A stretch of DNA of 64,000 nucleotides from Eledone cirrhosa (taxonomy: Eukaryota): assembly GCA_964016885.1 (NCBI GenBank), contig OZ024743.1:131006001-131070000 (forward strand), read 5' to 3'. The position numbers were made by a program, and so were the translations under genes. This document shows positions 62,001 through 64,000 of this stretch, in pieces. The first letter of the stretch is position 1, and every line of letters starts with the position of its first letter. The notes beneath the pieces are model-generated. The model worked only from the letters and a program-made list of their open reading frames with translations. It searched no databases and was not told the origin of the DNA.

Positions 62001-64000
62001 CTGTTTCGTGTTTGGTGTTTGCTGTTTGGTGTTTGGTGTTTGCTGTTTGGTGTTTGGTGTTTGGTGCTTGGTGCTTGGTGCTTGGTGTTTGGTGCTTGGT
62101 GTCTGGTGCTTGGTGTCTGGTGCTTGGTGTTTGGTGTTTGGTGTTTGGTGCTTGGTGTTTGGTGTTTGGTGCTTGTTGCTTGGTGCTTGGTGCTTGGTGT
62201 TTGGTGCTTGGTGTTTGGTGCTGGGTGATTGGTGTTTGGTGCTTGGTGCTTGGTGTTTGGTGTTTGGTGCTTGGTGCTTGGTGTTTGGTGTTTGGTGTTA
62301 TATGCTTGGTGTTTGGTGCTTGGTGCTTGGTGTTTGGTGTTTGGTTCTTGATGCTTGGTATTTGGTGCTTGGTGCTTGCTGCTTGGTGTTTGGTGCTTGG
62401 TGATTGATGCTTGGTGTTTGGTGCTTGGTGCTTGGTGTTTGGTTTTTGGTGCTAGGTGCTTGGTGCTTGGTGTTTGGTGCTTGGTGTTTGGTGTTTGGTG
62501 CTTGGTGCTTGGTGTTTGGTACTTGGTGCTTGGTGCTTGGTGTTTGGTGCTTGGTGCTTGGTGTTTGGTGTTTGGTGTTTGGTGCTTGGTGCTTGGTGTT
62601 TGGTGCTTGGTGCTTGGTGCTTGGTGTTTCGTGCTAGGTGCATGGTGCTTGGTGTTTGGTGCTTGGTGCTTGGTGCTTGGTCTTTGGTGTTTGGTGTTTA
62701 GTGCTTGGTGCTTGGTGCTTGGTGCTTGGTGCTTGGTGCTTGGTCCTTGGTGTTTGGTGCTTGGTGCTTGGTGTTTGGTGTTTGGTGCTTGGTGCTTGGT
62801 GCTTCGTGTTTGGTGTTTGGTGCTTGGTGTCTGGAGCTTGGTGTTTGGTGTTTGGTGCTTGGTGTTTGGTGTTTGGTGCTTGGTGCTTGGTGTTTGGTGC
62901 TTGGTGCTTGGTGTTTGTACTTGGTGCTTGGTGCTTGGTGTTTGGTGCTTGGTTCTTGGTGTTTGGTGCTTGGTGTTTGGAGCTTGGTGCTTGGTGTTTG
63001 GTGCTTGGTGCTTGGTGTTTGTACTTGGTGCTTGGTGCTTGGTGTTTGGTGCTTGGTTCTTGGTGTTTGGTGCTTGGTGTTTGGAGCTTGGTGCTTGGTG
63101 TTTGGTGCTTGGTGCTTGGTGTTTGGTGTTTGGTGCTTGGTGCTTGGTGTTTGGTGTTTGGTGCTTGGTGTTTGGTGTTTGGTGTTTGGTGCTTGGTGCT
63201 TGGTGTTTGTTGCTTGGTACTTGGTGCATGGTGTTTGGTGCTGGGTGCTTGGTGTTTTGTGCTTGGTTCTTGGTGTTTGGTGTTTGGTGCTTGGTACTTG
63301 GTGTCTGGAGCTTGGTGTTTGGTGTTTGGTGCTTGGTGTTTGGTGCTTGGTGCTTGGTGTTTGGTGTTTGGTGTTTGATGCTTGGTGTTTTATGCTTGGT
63401 GCTTGGTGTTTGGTGCTTGGTGTTTGTATTTGGTGCTTGGTGCTTGGTGTTTTGTGCTTGGTTCTTGGTGTTTGGTGTTTGGTGCTTGGTACTTGGTGCT
63501 TGGTGTTAGGTGTTTGGTGCTTGGTGCTTGGTGTTTGGTGTTTGGTCCTTGGTGCTTGGTGCTTGGTGTTTAGTTCTTGGTGCTTGGTGTTTGTTCTTTG
63601 GTGCTTTCTGTTTGCTGCTTGGTGTTTGCTGCTTGGTGCTTGGTTCTTGGTGTTTGGTGTTTGGTGCTAGGTGCTTGGTGTTTGGTGTTTGGTGTTTGAT
63701 GCTTGGTGTTTGGTGCTTGGTGTTTGGTGCTTGGTGCTTGGGGCTTGGTGTTTGGTGCTTGGTGCTTGGTGCTTGGTGTTTCGTGCTTGGTGCTTGGTGT
63801 TTGGTGTTTGGTGTTTGGTGCTTGGTGCTTGGTGTTTGGTGCTTGGTGCTTGGTGCTGGGTGGTTGGTATTTGGTGCTGGCTGCTTGGTGTTTGGTGCTT
63901 GGTGCTTGGTGCTTGGTGTTTGGTGCTTGGTGCTTGGTGCTTGGTCTTTGGTGCTTGGTGTTTGGTGTTTGGTGCTTGGTGCTTTGTGTTTGGTGCTTGG

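Larger units (their letters stand above)
1..64000. repeat. Heptamer tandem satellite (TTGGTGC/TTGGTGT)n, ~9,100 units, single orientation, open at both window edges
   Basis: Every line parses into TTGGTGY units, e.g. from 10: ttggtgt ttggtgc ttggtgt ttggagc ttggtgc. Only scattered substitutions and a few 6-bp units; no inversion or unique insert seen. Confidence 0.99.

Noticed and set aside
1-64000. Hundreds of ORFs on both strands, including apparent hydrophobic membrane-like and mucin-like proteins
   Set aside because: All frames are open and encode the same repeat; the lack of stops follows from base composition. There is no unique domain or frame preference, and stop-creating variants are propagated with the duplications.
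1-64000. CRISPR array or other repeat-spacer system
   Set aside because: No unique spacers, no palindromic repeat and no cas or other genes; variation is limited to substitutions within heptamers.
1-64000. Identity with known heptamers: Drosophila virilis ACAAACT family, plant TTTAGGG, Plasmodium TTYAGGG, cyanobacterial STRR repeats
   Set aside because: Same unit length only; no rotation or reverse complement of TTGGTGY matches them, and STRR tracts are far shorter.
1-64000. Fungal RIP or methylation-driven decay (TG>TA variants such as TTGGTAC, TTAGTGC)
   Set aside because: These variants are sparse, inherited from a few ancestral events, and accompanied by comparable G>T and G>C changes; most TG sites are intact.

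Overview
The whole 64-kb window is one uninterrupted, single-orientation heptamer satellite, consensus (TTGGTGY)n, i.e. a mixture of TTGGTGC and TTGGTGT (minus strand RCACCAA), about 9,100 units. There is no unique sequence, gene, RNA gene, mobile element or CRISPR array. All listed ORFs (VLGAWCL-type on +, TKHQAPS-type on -) arise because the repeat has almost no A on + and almost no T on -, so stops are rare in all six frames. The real structure is higher-order. Rare variant units form ordered landmarks that define a ~2.1-kb cycle (module A) and a diverged ~1-kb module B. These are rearranged by nested, in-register tandem duplications (offsets 588, 620, 1942, ~2550, ~2635, 2754, 3852, 4767, ~6036, 7746 bp) and by short non-tandem patch insertions. 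This is most consistent with eukaryotic satellite heterochromatin (centromeric, pericentromeric or subtelomeric) maintained by recombination. I cannot identify the organism or the chromosomal position, and the sequence does not support a protein-coding or prokaryotic system. Duplication boundaries were read by eye and are approximate.
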